Positions 10,635-21,599 of a stretch of DNA of 64,000 nucleotides are shown here, piece by piece (the stretch's first letter is position 1; each line of letters begins with the position of its first letter). The stretch is from a candidate division FCPU426 bacterium. GTDB taxonomy: Bacteria; Oederibacteriota; Muellerivitia; Muellerivitales; Muellerivitaceae. The stretch is from the NCBI GenBank assembly GCA_963796105.1, contig CAWCKJ010000009.1, positions 66,950 through 130,949 on the forward strand, read 5' to 3'. The translations under genes and the position numbers were made by a program. Under the pieces are notes generated by a model. It made no database searches and was not told the origin of the DNA. It saw only the letters and a list, made by a program, of their open reading frames with translations.

Positions 10635-12203
10635 TTAGAATAAGAAGGTCAGGTTCAAGCCGCCAAGAACACCGCTGAAATCCAAATCCAGCTTGGATGA
10701 GCTTTTCCATAACTGGGTAGCCGCAAGCGTGCTGTTGGAAACTTCCCCGGTGCTGTTATTGAGCATCAAAGTCCCATTGGAATTTTTCAGGTTGGTTACA
10801 TCCAGGTACTTATATCCAATATAGGGTCCAAACCCGATATCCGGGCCCAAGTAAAAATCCACGCCCAAAACAGCATGGCCGCCTAGCCCCAAAGTTGAAT
10901 AATCCCCGCCCCCGCCTGCACTGGAACTAGGATCTTGCTGATGGGCATAAGTGCCGGTGTGATCGTATATTTCCTTGGTGAAAGTAACATTGGTAGGTGA
11001 AAAATCAAACCCCGCGCCGAAATATCCTTTGGTCTTTGCATCGCCAAAAAGGAATTTCATTCCCAAACTTCCTGTAAAGGCCGAGATATCATAATCATAT
11101 TTGACGACATTCGGGTTGAACCCATCCCAGCTGAGCTGACCGTAATCATAAGTGGTGTAAGACATGGTCCCCAGGGGCAAATAATAACCGGCCAAATCCA
11201 CCTCAAATTGGGGGCTGACCTGGGCGAAAAATTCCAACCCCGGCATGGATATAAAATTCGGGGTCAATCCGGACATCGAAACTGAACCTGCCGCAGCTAA
11301 AGCCGTTTTGATTTTGGTTGGGTCTGACTGTATATAATCCATGGAAGCTCCCACATGGATTCCGAGAACAATTTCATTTTTGGCGGGCTTACCTGGTCCA
11401 GAGGCCACAGCCACGCCAGCTTGAGAAAACTTGCTGAGTTGATCTTCCACCCATTTTTGATCAATGGGATTAAGGGTTTTTTTGATCCGTTCCGAATAAG
11501 TCAAAAGGGATGCATTAGGTTGTTTTAAATTCGCCACCCCAAAATATAAGGCGGAGAGTTTATTGTTCCTAATCATGTAATAGCTATAAGCTTCATAGTA
11601 ATAAGGAAGATAATTATTTGGGCTTTGGCTTGAGGCTTGTTGAAAATAAGGAATGGCTGCCGCGTATTGCTTCTGTTGGAACAGGACCTTTCCTTGGGCC
11701 AAAGGATCTGCGGCCAAACCCATGCCGGCAGCTGTTCCAACCGTATTAGCTCCCGCCACGGGAGAAATTACGGCCGGGGCAGAAGTTCCCGTGCTTGGAG
11801 CTACAGCAGGAGCGGCGCCAGCTGGCGCGACAGCCCCTGTTGTTGCCGTAACAGCCGGCGTGGCAGACAACTTAGCTTTTAAGCTTTGGACAAATTGGGC
11901 CAATTGAGGGTTATTGGGTTGAAGATTCAACGCCCTTTGGAAACAGGTCAAGGCATATGGCTTTTGGTTAAGAAAATAATAGCAGTTCCCCAGGCTTTGA
12001 TAAGCTGATGCATATGCGGGATTTAACTTAATCGCCGCGTAATAATATTTGCCAGCCTGGGCATAACTATGAGCGGCATAAAGTTTGTTTGCCGCCGCAA
12101 GGTATTGAGAAGCAGTGGCCCCCTGGGCATGCAAAGCATCTGGAATTTCAAGGCTAATCAATATCCCTAAAAATAAAAAAACATATTTTCCAAAGCCGCG
12201 CAT
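10635..12203 (-). CDS. Secreted TPR-repeat protein with C-terminal outer-membrane beta-barrel-like domain
   Basis: Signal peptide (..ALHA/Q), two TPR blocks (AYQSLGNCYY; LAQGKVLFQQKQYAAAIPYF) separated by an Ala/Pro/Thr linker, then amphipathic Gly/aromatic beta-strands ending LNLTFLF. Confidence 0.7.
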   Translation of the reverse strand: MRGFGKYVFLFLGILISLEIPDALHAQGATASQYLAAANKLYAAHSYAQAGKYYYAAIKLNPAYASAYQSLGNCYYFLNQKPYALTCFQRALNLQPNNPQLAQFVQSLKAKLSATPAVTATTGAVAPAGAAPAVAPSTGTSAPAVISPVAGANTVGTAAGMGLAADPLAQGKVLFQQKQYAAAIPYFQQASSQSPNNYLPYYYEAYSYYMIRNNKLSALYFGVANLKQPNASLLTYSERIKKTLNPIDQKWVEDQLSKFSQAGVAVASGPGKPAKNEIVLGIHVGASMDYIQSDPTKIKTALAAAGSVSMSGLTPNFISMPGLEFFAQVSPQFEVDLAGYYLPLGTMSYTTYDYGQLSWDGFNPNVVKYDYDISAFTGSLGMKFLFGDAKTKGYFGAGFDFSPTNVTFTKEIYDHTGTYAHQQDPSSSAGGGGDYSTLGLGGHAVLGVDFYLGPDIGFGPYIGYKYLDVTNLKNSNGTLMLNNSTGEVSNSTLAATQLWKSSSKLDLDFSGVLGGLNLTFLF

Positions 12204-12424
12204 TTCCGCCTCCGAATTTGGGTTAAGGAACTTTCAATAATGGTTTTTGGACTAACCTGGGACATTATAAAGTGTTTTAAAAACCCGTCTAGAAAAATGA
12301 TTTTTACTCAAATAGCCGTTGCCAAGCCTTTTTTAAGAACTTTGGCCTTGTTTTAACCTAAAAACGTCGGACAATGAAAAACCCATTGAAAACTGACGTC
12401 CCGATATCATTATGATGTATTTAT

Positions 12425-13615
12425 TTATGTTAGGGATGCCTCCACTTCCCGCGCGCCTTCTTGGGGTTCGTTGATAAAAACCTGCGGAGATATATTAACC
12501 AGTTTTTTATATTCTCCCTTAACCCGGTCCACAAATTCATCCGCTTTCCCCGCCTCCACCAAGCAGAGGATTGAACCGCCCCACCCTATTCCTTCCATCC
12601 TAGAACCCAGGCAACCTGGCTGCCGTCGAATAATTTGAGACAAAATATCCACTTCCTCGCAACCCACCTTGAGTTTTTCAATCAGCGAATCGTGGGACTC
12701 GGATAACAGGGCTCCCAAACCCCTGTAATCGCCTTTCATCATGATTTCCTTCGCTTTTCTAACTCTTTGGTTCTCATAGACGACATGATCCAAACGTTTT
12801 CTTTGAATGATATCTATTTTTTTTCGGACAGCTTCATAAGACTCAATATCCACATCACGGAGGGAAAGGACTTTGGGCACATATTTGCGAATCTCAAGCA
12901 ATAACTGATTGAATAGATCCAACCGCTTTTTAAACTCATCCTCCCGTTCCTTTTTCCGCACCCCGCTGTCCACCACCACCAATTTGCATATTTTCCCGTC
13001 AAAAGGTGTGTACTCCGGCTTGAAGGAACGGGCATCAAAAAGTACCAGCTGGTCTTTTTTTGAGAATTTAACCGCGTAAGGGCTGAAATAATCCCCCCTG
13101 AGATTCATGAATTGATTTTCAACGCGGTGGCATAGCTTCACCAAGGTAGAATCATCAAGCGGCTGGGTTCCGAGGGCGTTACAGGCCACTGCGGTGGCTA
13201 CCGTGATGGCCGCCGATAAACCCATTCCAACACCTTCCGGCATGTCTCCGGCTAATACCATCTGCAGGCCGTCAATTTTCCTTCCAGTCCTGCCATAGAA
13301 ATAAACAACGCCTTTGGGAAAATTCGCCCACCCATCCTCCCGGTCAAACTTCAGGGTAAGAAGAGAAACCTTTATTTTCTCATCATATTGAAGGGAATGG
13401 AAACAGGCTTCCTTGTCATTTCTGCGCTGGGCGGCAACCAACATCTGGTGGTTGCCCGCGGCCAAAAGGCTGTAACCTTCAACCGCTTCTGTATATTCCC
13501 CGCCCAAAAGGATAATGCGGCTTGGCGCGGCGACCAATGTAACTTTTCTCCCGCCATCCCCGTACTGGTGGACAAAAGTCATCAAGGCTTTTTTAGCGAG
13601 CTCTTCAAGAGGCAT
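12425..13615 (-). CDS. Galactokinase-like GHMP kinase family protein with degenerate motifs
   Basis: GalK architecture recognisable (WANFPKGV, HVVYENQRV, LGALLSESHDSL, GSRMEGIGWGG), but signature motifs are altered; see findings. Confidence 0.8.
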   Translation of the reverse strand: MPLEELAKKALMTFVHQYGDGGRKVTLVAAPSRIILLGGEYTEAVEGYSLLAAGNHQMLVAAQRRNDKEACFHSLQYDEKIKVSLLTLKFDREDGWANFPKGVVYFYGRTGRKIDGLQMVLAGDMPEGVGMGLSAAITVATAVACNALGTQPLDDSTLVKLCHRVENQFMNLRGDYFSPYAVKFSKKDQLVLFDARSFKPEYTPFDGKICKLVVVDSGVRKKEREDEFKKRLDLFNQLLLEIRKYVPKVLSLRDVDIESYEAVRKKIDIIQRKRLDHVVYENQRVRKAKEIMMKGDYRGLGALLSESHDSLIEKLKVGCEEVDILSQIIRRQPGCLGSRMEGIGWGGSILCLVEAGKADEFVDRVKGEYKKLVNISPQVFINEPQEGAREVEASLT

Positions 13616-13657
13616 TCATCCCTCCGGAAATATTTTTCTGGATTAAATTCCTATCGA

Positions 13658-14479
13658 TCATCCATGTTTGATTAATACAATAAAATAAAACAACACCGGC
13701 GCGTTAAAAATCAAACCATCGATACGGTCAAAAATACCGCCATGCCCAGGAATCATCGTTCCGGAATCCTTGGCCCTCAAACTTCTTTTAACAAGCGACT
13801 CCGTCAGATCCCCCAATTGGGCAAAAACAGACAAAGTAACTGAGAGAAGAACAACTTCCACTCCCGAATATGCTTGGAAAACAGGGAAAATTTTCCACGT
13901 CAGGAGAAGCGCCAGGGTCGCCAGAAGAAAACCGCCCGCGCATCCTTCCCATGTTTTATGAGGGGAAGTCTTTGGCGCTAACGGGTGCTTTCCAAAACTC
14001 TTACCAAAAAAATAACCCCCAGAATCATATGCCCAAGTGGCTAAGTAAAGCCAAACCAAATACCAAGGACCATGGTTCAATTCACGAAGCCGAAATAAAT
14101 ACCCGGCAAATATTCCAAAGTATGCCACGCCAAAAAAAGTAACACTGACGCTAAAAATCATGTCCTTTACGGGACGAGAGGAACCTAAATAAGAAATAGT
14201 GATGAGAAAAAATGCCATCAGAAAAGAGGCTTCCTCGGACCACATAAACCAAGGCTTTAAAAGCCAGGGGAAGAGAAAAAAACTCAATGCCAACAGTCCT
14301 TCAATTTTTAGGATTTTCAGCCCTTTTAATTCGGCTAATTTTAAAAACTCAAGAAGGCATAATGAAAAAACCGCCGATACCAAGAGACGCCAAGGAAAGG
14401 ATGTCTCCAAGAAGGTCAAAATCAAAATAACTGGTATGGCTATAGCCGCCGATAACATTCTTTTGGTCAAGGGGCCCAT
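13658..14479 (-). CDS. cdsA: Phosphatidate cytidylyltransferase
   Basis: DSGGYFFG, SPHKTWEG, GDLTESLVKR..KDSG..IPGHGGIFDRIDG. Confidence 0.96.
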   Translation of the reverse strand: MGPLTKRMLSAAIAIPVILILTFLETSFPWRLLVSAVFSLCLLEFLKLAELKGLKILKIEGLLALSFFLFPWLLKPWFMWSEEASFLMAFFLITISYLGSSRPVKDMIFSVSVTFFGVAYFGIFAGYLFRLRELNHGPWYLVWLYLATWAYDSGGYFFGKSFGKHPLAPKTSPHKTWEGCAGGFLLATLALLLTWKIFPVFQAYSGVEVVLLSVTLSVFAQLGDLTESLVKRSLRAKDSGTMIPGHGGIFDRIDGLIFNAPVLFYFIVLIKHG

Positions 14480-15249
14480 GAAGTAGAACTCCCAAGAACA
14501 CTTTTGATTCCGCCAAATCGCCTTTTCCGTTTTTGAAAATCACTTAAGGCCTTGACGAAATGCCTGGTCCTGAAATCGGGCCAGAGGGTCGATGTGACGT
14601 GGAACTCGGAATAAGCCAACTCCCAAAGCAAAAAGTTCGAAATTCTCATTTCCCCGCTCGTCCGAATCAAAAGGTCTACTTCAGGAAGGGATGCCGTGGA
14701 TAGAAATCGAGTAATCGTATTTTCTCGGACAGCGGAGGATTTGATTTGACCCGTCTTTATTTTTTGGGTGATTTTCTTGAAAGCGCTCAATAGATCGGAC
14801 CGTCCGCTGTAAGAAAGGGCCAAAACTAGAGTAAGCCCTTTGCAATGCGCGGTAGTTTGAATGGCCTTTCGAAGTTCTTTTCGAATGGGCGGTGGCAGCT
14901 GCCCGGTATTCCCGATGGTTTGAAGCTTAACATCGTTTCGGAGAAGTTCTTGTACCTCGTTGCGCAAGTACTGGCGCAGGAGAGCCATTAACAGCCTTAT
15001 CTCCCGCCGGGGTCTTTTCCAGTTTTCAGTCGAAAAAGCGTAAAGGGTCAATGCCTCCAACCCCAATTCTCCGGAAAATCGGACGATTTCACGAATCGTT
15101 GCCGCCCCCGCCCGATGTCCGGCGATCCGGGGCAGGCCTCGCTTTTTCGCCCATCGTCCGTTTCCGTCCATAATGATGGCGACATGCCTGGGCAAATTTG
15201 GTTTTAATCGGTGGCGTTTTAGGAGTGAATCCAGTTTCGCGGTATGCAA
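14467..15249 (-). CDS. uppS: Undecaprenyl diphosphate synthase (isoprenyl transferase)
   Basis: HVAIIMDGNGRWA, YAFSTENWKRP, DLLIRTSGEMRISNFLLWE. Confidence 0.97.
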   Translation of the reverse strand: MHTAKLDSLLKRHRLKPNLPRHVAIIMDGNGRWAKKRGLPRIAGHRAGAATIREIVRFSGELGLEALTLYAFSTENWKRPRREIRLLMALLRQYLRNEVQELLRNDVKLQTIGNTGQLPPPIRKELRKAIQTTAHCKGLTLVLALSYSGRSDLLSAFKKITQKIKTGQIKSSAVRENTITRFLSTASLPEVDLLIRTSGEMRISNFLLWELAYSEFHVTSTLWPDFRTRHFVKALSDFQKRKRRFGGIKSVLGSSTSWAP

Positions 15250-15257
15250 AGGGGGTT

Positions 15258-15821
15258 TTAGAACTCCATGATTTCTTTTTCCTTGTGAACGCTCAAGGCA
15301 TTGACTTCCTGGGTATGGGCGTCGGTCATTTTCTGGATGCGGTCATGGAATTTCTTGAATTCATCTTCCGTGATAGTCTTGTCCTTTTTAAGCTGTTCCA
15401 AATGCTTGTTGGCGTCTTGACGAATGGAACGAATGGCGACACGCCCGCTTTCAGCGTCTTTATGGACCAGTTTCACGAATTCCTTGCGGCGTTCCTCGGT
15501 TAACGGCGGAAGGTTGATTCGGATGACTTTTCCATCGTTATTAGGGGTCAACCCAAGATCGCTTTTAAGAATGGCTTTCTCGATTTCGGTAAGGGCCTGG
15601 GCATCCCAGGGCTTTAGTTCGATTGTTTTGGAATCGGGTATGGATAGATTGGCGACCTGGTTGATGGGCACTAAACTTCCGTAATACTCCACCTTGATAT
15701 GTTCCACCAGGGAGGTGGTGGCCCGCCCGGTTCGTATTCCGGCGAAATCGCGTTTCGTGGAATCAATGACCTTTTTCATCTTGGATTCCGATTCGCTGAT
15801 AACTTGATTTGCGTCGGGCAT
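15258..15821 (-). CDS. frr: Ribosome recycling factor
   Basis: IRTGRA, VEYYGS, DLGLTPNNDG, PPLTEERRKE. Confidence 0.98.
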   Translation of the reverse strand: MPDANQVISESESKMKKVIDSTKRDFAGIRTGRATTSLVEHIKVEYYGSLVPINQVANLSIPDSKTIELKPWDAQALTEIEKAILKSDLGLTPNNDGKVIRINLPPLTEERRKEFVKLVHKDAESGRVAIRSIRQDANKHLEQLKKDKTITEDEFKKFHDRIQKMTDAHTQEVNALSVHKEKEIMEF

Positions 15822-15908
15822 TTATCAAACCTCGCGTTTAAACTTGTCGTAGTCTAAATTAGTTTTCTTTCCATCGGTCTCAACATTCAAACCCGCAACC
15901 AATAATTT

Positions 15909-16039
15909 GAAACCCCTGAGAAACTATTAAAAAGCGACCAACAGAGGTTTCGACCCCAAAGATCTCCGCAGGAAATAGTGGGGTTTCCATAAATGTTTTA
16001 CTAAAAAAGGAGGCGATAGCCGGCTTTATTAGAGTTTAC
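15909..16039. mobile_element. MITE-like element, short copy
   Basis: Both halves match 47714..47996 (AAAAGCGACCAACAGAGGTTTCGACCCCA; GCAGGAAATxGTGGGGTTTCCATAAATGTTTT..GGCGATAGCCG); degenerate terminal inverted repeats. Confidence 0.7.
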
Positions 16040-16056
16040 GATTTATAAAAAAGCGC

Positions 16057-16803
<747 letters not shown>

Positions 16804-16899
16804 TTATTCCTCGAGACACATGGCTAATTTTTAAAAAAATCAAATTTCCAGATGAAACATTTTAAATGTATAAGAAACTAATCCTAATAGCAGACAGTA

Positions 16900-17493
16900 T
16901 CACGAATCTCCCAATTGAAACCGGCAGAACCGTTTCACCACCAAATTTTCGCCTAATTTCGCCGCAACTTCCGTCAATAATTGTTTCACCGTTTTCTTGG
17001 GTTCCCGGATGTAGGGCTGCTCTAGGAGGCAGACTTGTTTGAAATAACTCTCGATTTTCCCGTCGGCGATTTTTTGCTGGACAGTCTCGGGTTTGCCGGA
17101 TTGCTTGGCCTCATTCAAATAGATGGCCCTCTCCTGTTCCAATTCGGACGCAGGGACTTCTTCTTTCATAACATACTTGGGGATTGAAGCCGCTACCTGC
17201 ATGGCCAACTCTTTAGCAAGATTCTGGAAATCAGGCGTTTTTGCCACAAAATCCGTCTCGCAATTCACTTCCACGAGTACGCCCACTTTTCCGCCATGGA
17301 TATAACTTCCTATGATTCCCTGATTGGCGTTTCTCCCGACCCTTTTCGCCACTTGGGCCACGCCTTTTTCCCGCAACCAAACAACGGCCTTCTCAAAGTC
17401 ACCCTTAGTTTCAGCCAGGGCTTTTTTGCAATCCATCATGCCGGCGCCGGTTTTCTCGCGCAATTCCTTCACCGCGTTCGCTGTGATTTCCAT
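16900..17493 (-). CDS. tsf: Elongation factor Ts (short form)
   Basis: [29 protein letters not shown]; position after rpsB. Confidence 0.98.
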   Translation of the reverse strand: MEITANAVKELREKTGAGMMDCKKALAETKGDFEKAVVWLREKGVAQVAKRVGRNANQGIIGSYIHGGKVGVLVEVNCETDFVAKTPDFQNLAKELAMQVAASIPKYVMKEEVPASELEQERAIYLNEAKQSGKPETVQQKIADGKIESYFKQVCLLEQPYIREPKKTVKQLLTEVAAKLGENLVVKRFCRFQLGDS

Positions 17494-17600
17494 TTTTCAC
17501 CCCTCCGAAGCCTTTACACCATTGCCATTTTGGGTGGTTTTAAATGCCGGCTTCCTATAAATGATATTCTCAACACAACTCAAAGCAGGTTTAAGTGTTT

Positions 17601-18569
17601 TTAAGCCTTGTCGTCCCGGACCCGCTTCGTGCGAATACGTTCCACCTTCTCATCCGCAAGCTCATCGGCCAAGACCGCTACCGTTTCAGCGTCCCCGGCA
17701 AGATGCTCGACATTGCCGATCAAAAGCTCGGCCACTTCTTTCTTTTCTTCGGTTGTTTCAGGAATATCCTGGGTGATTTCTTCGGTTACAACGGGTATTT
17801 CCGCCTCTTTTTCAGCCGCGGCAAGCATTTCGGCCCCGACTTCAGTGGGAAGGGCGGCGGCTTCGGGCGAAATCTCTTTTCCTTCCAATTCCCTGGATCG
17901 TCCTTCCATCACGGCGCTGGCCATGACAGAGGCCATGAGTTTAACGGCCCTAATGGCGTCATCATTGCCGGGAATGACCAAATCCACCTCGCCTGGGTCG
18001 CAATTGGTGTCCACGACCGCCACAACAGGAATTCCCAGTTTGCGCGCTTCCTGCACTGCGATGTGCTCTTTTTTCGTGTCGATAACAAAAATAGCTCCGG
18101 GAAGTTTGGCAATATTTTTGATGCCTCCCAAGGATCGCTCCAGCTTCATCTTGTCTTTGTTTAACCTGGCTTGCTCCTTCTTCGACCTATCGGCCAATTC
18201 CTGCTCGGAAATGCCTTCCAGCTCCTTCAAGTAGGAAATGGATTTTTTGATGGTCGTGAAGTTGGTCAGCATGCCTCCCAGCCAGCGGTAATTGACATAA
18301 GGCATGCCGCAGCGGTCAGCTTCTTCCTTGATCGCGTCTTGGGCCTGTTTCTTGGTGCCGACAAAAACAATAGAATCGCCGGCAGCCACTAAATCCTTGA
18401 CGAATTGGTAGGCTTCCTTGAGCTTTTTAACTGTTTTTTGAAGATCAATAATGTGAATCCCGTTGCGCTCGCCAAATATATAGAGAGCCATTTTGGGATT
18501 CCAACGGCGGGTCTGGTGGCCGAAATGGACCCCGGCTTCCAGTAACTGCTTCATTGAAACGGACATCAT
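17601..18569 (-). CDS. rpsB: 30S ribosomal protein uS2, with acidic C-terminal extension
   Basis: [39 protein letters not shown]. Confidence 0.98.
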   Translation of the reverse strand: MMSVSMKQLLEAGVHFGHQTRRWNPKMALYIFGERNGIHIIDLQKTVKKLKEAYQFVKDLVAAGDSIVFVGTKKQAQDAIKEEADRCGMPYVNYRWLGGMLTNFTTIKKSISYLKELEGISEQELADRSKKEQARLNKDKMKLERSLGGIKNIAKLPGAIFVIDTKKEHIAVQEARKLGIPVVAVVDTNCDPGEVDLVIPGNDDAIRAVKLMASVMASAVMEGRSRELEGKEISPEAAALPTEVGAEMLAAAEKEAEIPVVTEEITQDIPETTEEKKEVAELLIGNVEHLAGDAETVAVLADELADEKVERIRTKRVRDDKA

Positions 18570-18768
18570 GGTAATGCTCCTTTAGTTTTGCCACCGCTTT
18601 TTCTTTCCATTTGCGAATGGGTTCCTTTCTAATCCCTTATCAGGACCACTAAAAGGAACATTGGAAAAGCGTGTGAAATAGGCCGGCATCAAACTTCGCC
18701 CGGCGCCCCCTTGGTTTAAGATGAACCAAGGGAGTAAGGTTATAACACAAGGCCCCTAAAAACGACAA
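18570..18768 (-). promoter_or_regulatory. rpsB promoter and 5' leader
   Basis: Minus strand TTGTCG-18 nt-TATAAC with extended -10 TG (18739..18768), then a ~165-nt leader containing CACACGC and ending AAAACTAAAGGAG, reminiscent of S2 autoregulatory leaders. Confidence 0.55.
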
Positions 18769-18884
18769 GGATTGTTTAACGAGAAAATACCGGAACATTT
18801 TAATTAGGCAAAAACATACCAAAAGCCTCAAATGATTTAGATAAACCCTCAGAGAAAAAGAACAAATTGATTAATTTTGATTAA

Positions 18885-21290
18885 CTATCTTTTCGGGTCG
18901 GGGCCCATGTTAAAAACAATAGTTTTTCCATATATCAAGTCCTCCCATTTTAAATACGGATTTTTATAAGGGACTCCATCCATTAATACCGATTGGATAT
19001 AAATATTCCGGTCCGAGTTATTATTTGTTTTAAGTAATAGTTTTCCCCCGTAATAAAAACTTTGATTGAGACTGATTTCGGCTTCCCTGAAAAGGGGACT
19101 GCCGATTTGGAAAATTCCGTTTCCAGGACACACTGGATAGAACCCCAGGGCTGAAAAGACATACCAAGCCGAAAGAACTCCGCTATCATCATTTCCTGGG
19201 ATTCCATCTGGAGTCGGCTTAAAATATTTATCCATCAATTCCCTGATTTGTTTTTGTGTTTTCCAAGCTTCACCCGGGACTTCGTCAAAAAGATACGGCC
19301 AGAATAGGTCTGATTTTCGCGAGGGATCATAATGTCCTTTTTCAAAACATTCTTGGAGCCGTTTTATGAAATTCTCATCGCCTCCCAATGAAAGTTTCAA
19401 ACCATCGATGTCCTGCGGAACAAAAAACAAATATTGCCAGGCGTTCCCTTTTGTATATCCCGGGCCCCCGCTGTTAGGCCGGTTTTTATCGCAACAGGTG
19501 GCTTGGGGATCAAAAGGGCTGGTCCAGGAACCATCTTGATTCTTGGGCCTCACAAAGCCAGTGTACTGGTCGAAAAGATTCCGATATATTCCCGAGTCAT
19601 GAATGTATTTCTCATAATCCTGGCTATTTTGGAGACTCCGGGCCATCTGAGCGAGGCACCAAAAATCATAGGAATACTCCAAACTTGCCGAAACTGAGCC
19701 CCACACCGGATCCCCTTTGTTGTCGTCTTGGGGAATATAACCAAAGCGGGTGATTGATTGAAGCCCGCTGTAAATTTTGTTGTTCTTCGGCGAGAGACTT
19801 TTCGTCATCGCGTCGTAGGCTGAGGAAACATCGAAATTTTTAATTCCCGCCAAATAAGTTCCCGCGATGACCGGAACCGAGGGGTCCCCGGCCATGGCGC
19901 CGGTTTCTATTCCAGCCAACTCGGCGCGGGGAAGCCATCCCCCTTCCTTGGACATTTCAACCATACTTCTCACCATGTCCAGTTCCCGATCTGGGTAAAA
20001 GAGGGTGAGCAGGGGGTGAAGATCGCGGTAGGTGTTCCACAGGGAGAAATTGGTGTATCGAATATAATTTTTGTCCTTGGTTGATTTGACTTCTTGATTC
20101 TTCATGGAAGGATATTCACCGTTTACATCCGAAAAAACATTGGGATGGATGAGGCAATGGTATAAAGCCGTGTAAAAAACCTTCAATCTTTTCGGGTCGG
20201 ATTTGCCAACCTTAATTTTGGATAATTCCATTTCCCAAGCCGACCGCGCCTTGGCCTTGACTTCCTCAAAATCCCAGTCCGGCATTTCGGTTTCCAAATT
20301 CATTCTGGCGTTCGCGGCGCTGACATAAGAAATTCCGACTTTCACTTCGACCGGCTCCTTTTCCCCTGTGGAGAACCTAAAATAAGCTCCTATGTCCTTT
20401 CCCGTTTTTTCCCTATCATAATCGGGAAAATTATTTTTCCATGTCCCGAATTCCTGGGCCGGTTTGCTGAACTTCATGAAAAAATAAATCGTTCTTTTAT
20501 GGGCGGAACTGGGGCAGCAAAAGTTTCCATTTTGGGTATAACCCTCCGCCTCCGTGGGCGAGTCAATCCTCACGTGGGATTCAAATGAATTCTTCAAGGT
20601 GGCTGATTCGGAAGTTAATCCTGCTCCGATATCCAAAAGAATGTTGGAATTTCCTTTTCTCGCGGGAAAAATATATTGACTGTATCCCGCGCGGGCCGTG
20701 GCGGACATTTGGGCGAAAATATCATAGGTTTTCAAATAAACCGCGTAAGCTCCCGGAACAGCGCTTTCCGAGCCATATTCGGATTTCCAATCTTCCCTTG
20801 AGACCTTTAAATCCCCGGTTGTCGGCATGAGCACTATATTTCCCAACTCGGGATATTCGGAACCGCTTAAATGGATATGGCCAAATCCATAAACAAAAGG
20901 ATTGCCGAATACATATCCGGATGAGGAATGAAGATCGGTATGGGGGCTGACCGAAACCATACCCCATGGCGTCAGAGCTCCGGGGAAAGTGTTGCCTCCA
21001 TTTGCCGTTCCAACAAAGGGATCAACGAAGTCTGAGGGACCGGACCATGAAATTTTGGGGCAAAGGTTGATTAGGAGGAATACCAAGACCCCAAAAAGGT
21101 TCAATTTTAGCCAGCCGGTTTTAATGTTAGGAACGGATGAGATCATCTCATCGCCAATAAATAAACACCTGAGTATTTTACGTTTTTTGAAGCGAACATT
21201 AAAAGGCCTCCTTAAGAACAGACCTCTCTTTAAAATAATTGATTCCTGTTTCCTAGACTTCGTTGTTTCAAAACGATCAAAAGCAATCAC
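18885..21290 (-). CDS. GH92 (alpha-mannosidase family) protein; true start probably later (near MISSVPN)
   Basis: VDPFVGT, GNTFPGALTPWGMV, GFGHIHLSG, KVGISYVS, FYTALYH, GNAWQY, GNDDSGVLSAWYVFSALGFYPVCPG; signal-peptide-like stretch. Several catalytic positions are altered. Confidence 0.9.
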   Translation of the reverse strand: MIAFDRFETTKSRKQESIILKRGLFLRRPFNVRFKKRKILRCLFIGDEMISSVPNIKTGWLKLNLFGVLVFLLINLCPKISWSGPSDFVDPFVGTANGGNTFPGALTPWGMVSVSPHTDLHSSSGYVFGNPFVYGFGHIHLSGSEYPELGNIVLMPTTGDLKVSREDWKSEYGSESAVPGAYAVYLKTYDIFAQMSATARAGYSQYIFPARKGNSNILLDIGAGLTSESATLKNSFESHVRIDSPTEAEGYTQNGNFCCPSSAHKRTIYFFMKFSKPAQEFGTWKNNFPDYDREKTGKDIGAYFRFSTGEKEPVEVKVGISYVSAANARMNLETEMPDWDFEEVKAKARSAWEMELSKIKVGKSDPKRLKVFYTALYHCLIHPNVFSDVNGEYPSMKNQEVKSTKDKNYIRYTNFSLWNTYRDLHPLLTLFYPDRELDMVRSMVEMSKEGGWLPRAELAGIETGAMAGDPSVPVIAGTYLAGIKNFDVSSAYDAMTKSLSPKNNKIYSGLQSITRFGYIPQDDNKGDPVWGSVSASLEYSYDFWCLAQMARSLQNSQDYEKYIHDSGIYRNLFDQYTGFVRPKNQDGSWTSPFDPQATCCDKNRPNSGGPGYTKGNAWQYLFFVPQDIDGLKLSLGGDENFIKRLQECFEKGHYDPSRKSDLFWPYLFDEVPGEAWKTQKQIRELMDKYFKPTPDGIPGNDDSGVLSAWYVFSALGFYPVCPGNGIFQIGSPLFREAEISLNQSFYYGGKLLLKTNNNSDRNIYIQSVLMDGVPYKNPYLKWEDLIYGKTIVFNMGPDPKR

Positions 21291-21599
21291 ATTTTGCCCG
21301 CATCCACCAGCGCTGGCATCTTTTCATACCTAACTGCCAAGGCCGTCCTAGTAAAGACCCCCAACCCACCGTCTGCGGGAATTCTTGAGATTTTGTTATT
21401 CTTGATACAAGACTTCCCCGTTTTATTTCAATGAATGAAAGCTTTTCATTAGAAGTTATCAGAATAAAACCTTAAAATACTTTCCTTGAATAAGATGTGT
21501 TTCTCGGGCATTTTTCAGTTTAATCTTCTCGAAGTTTCTGGAATTTAAATGGTAGCTGGAATTTTGGATTTCTTAGGATAAAAAAACTGGAGATAGAAA

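Noticed and set aside
16900..17493. Truncated EF-Ts
   Set aside because: The ~200-aa form is a known natural variant with intact termini.
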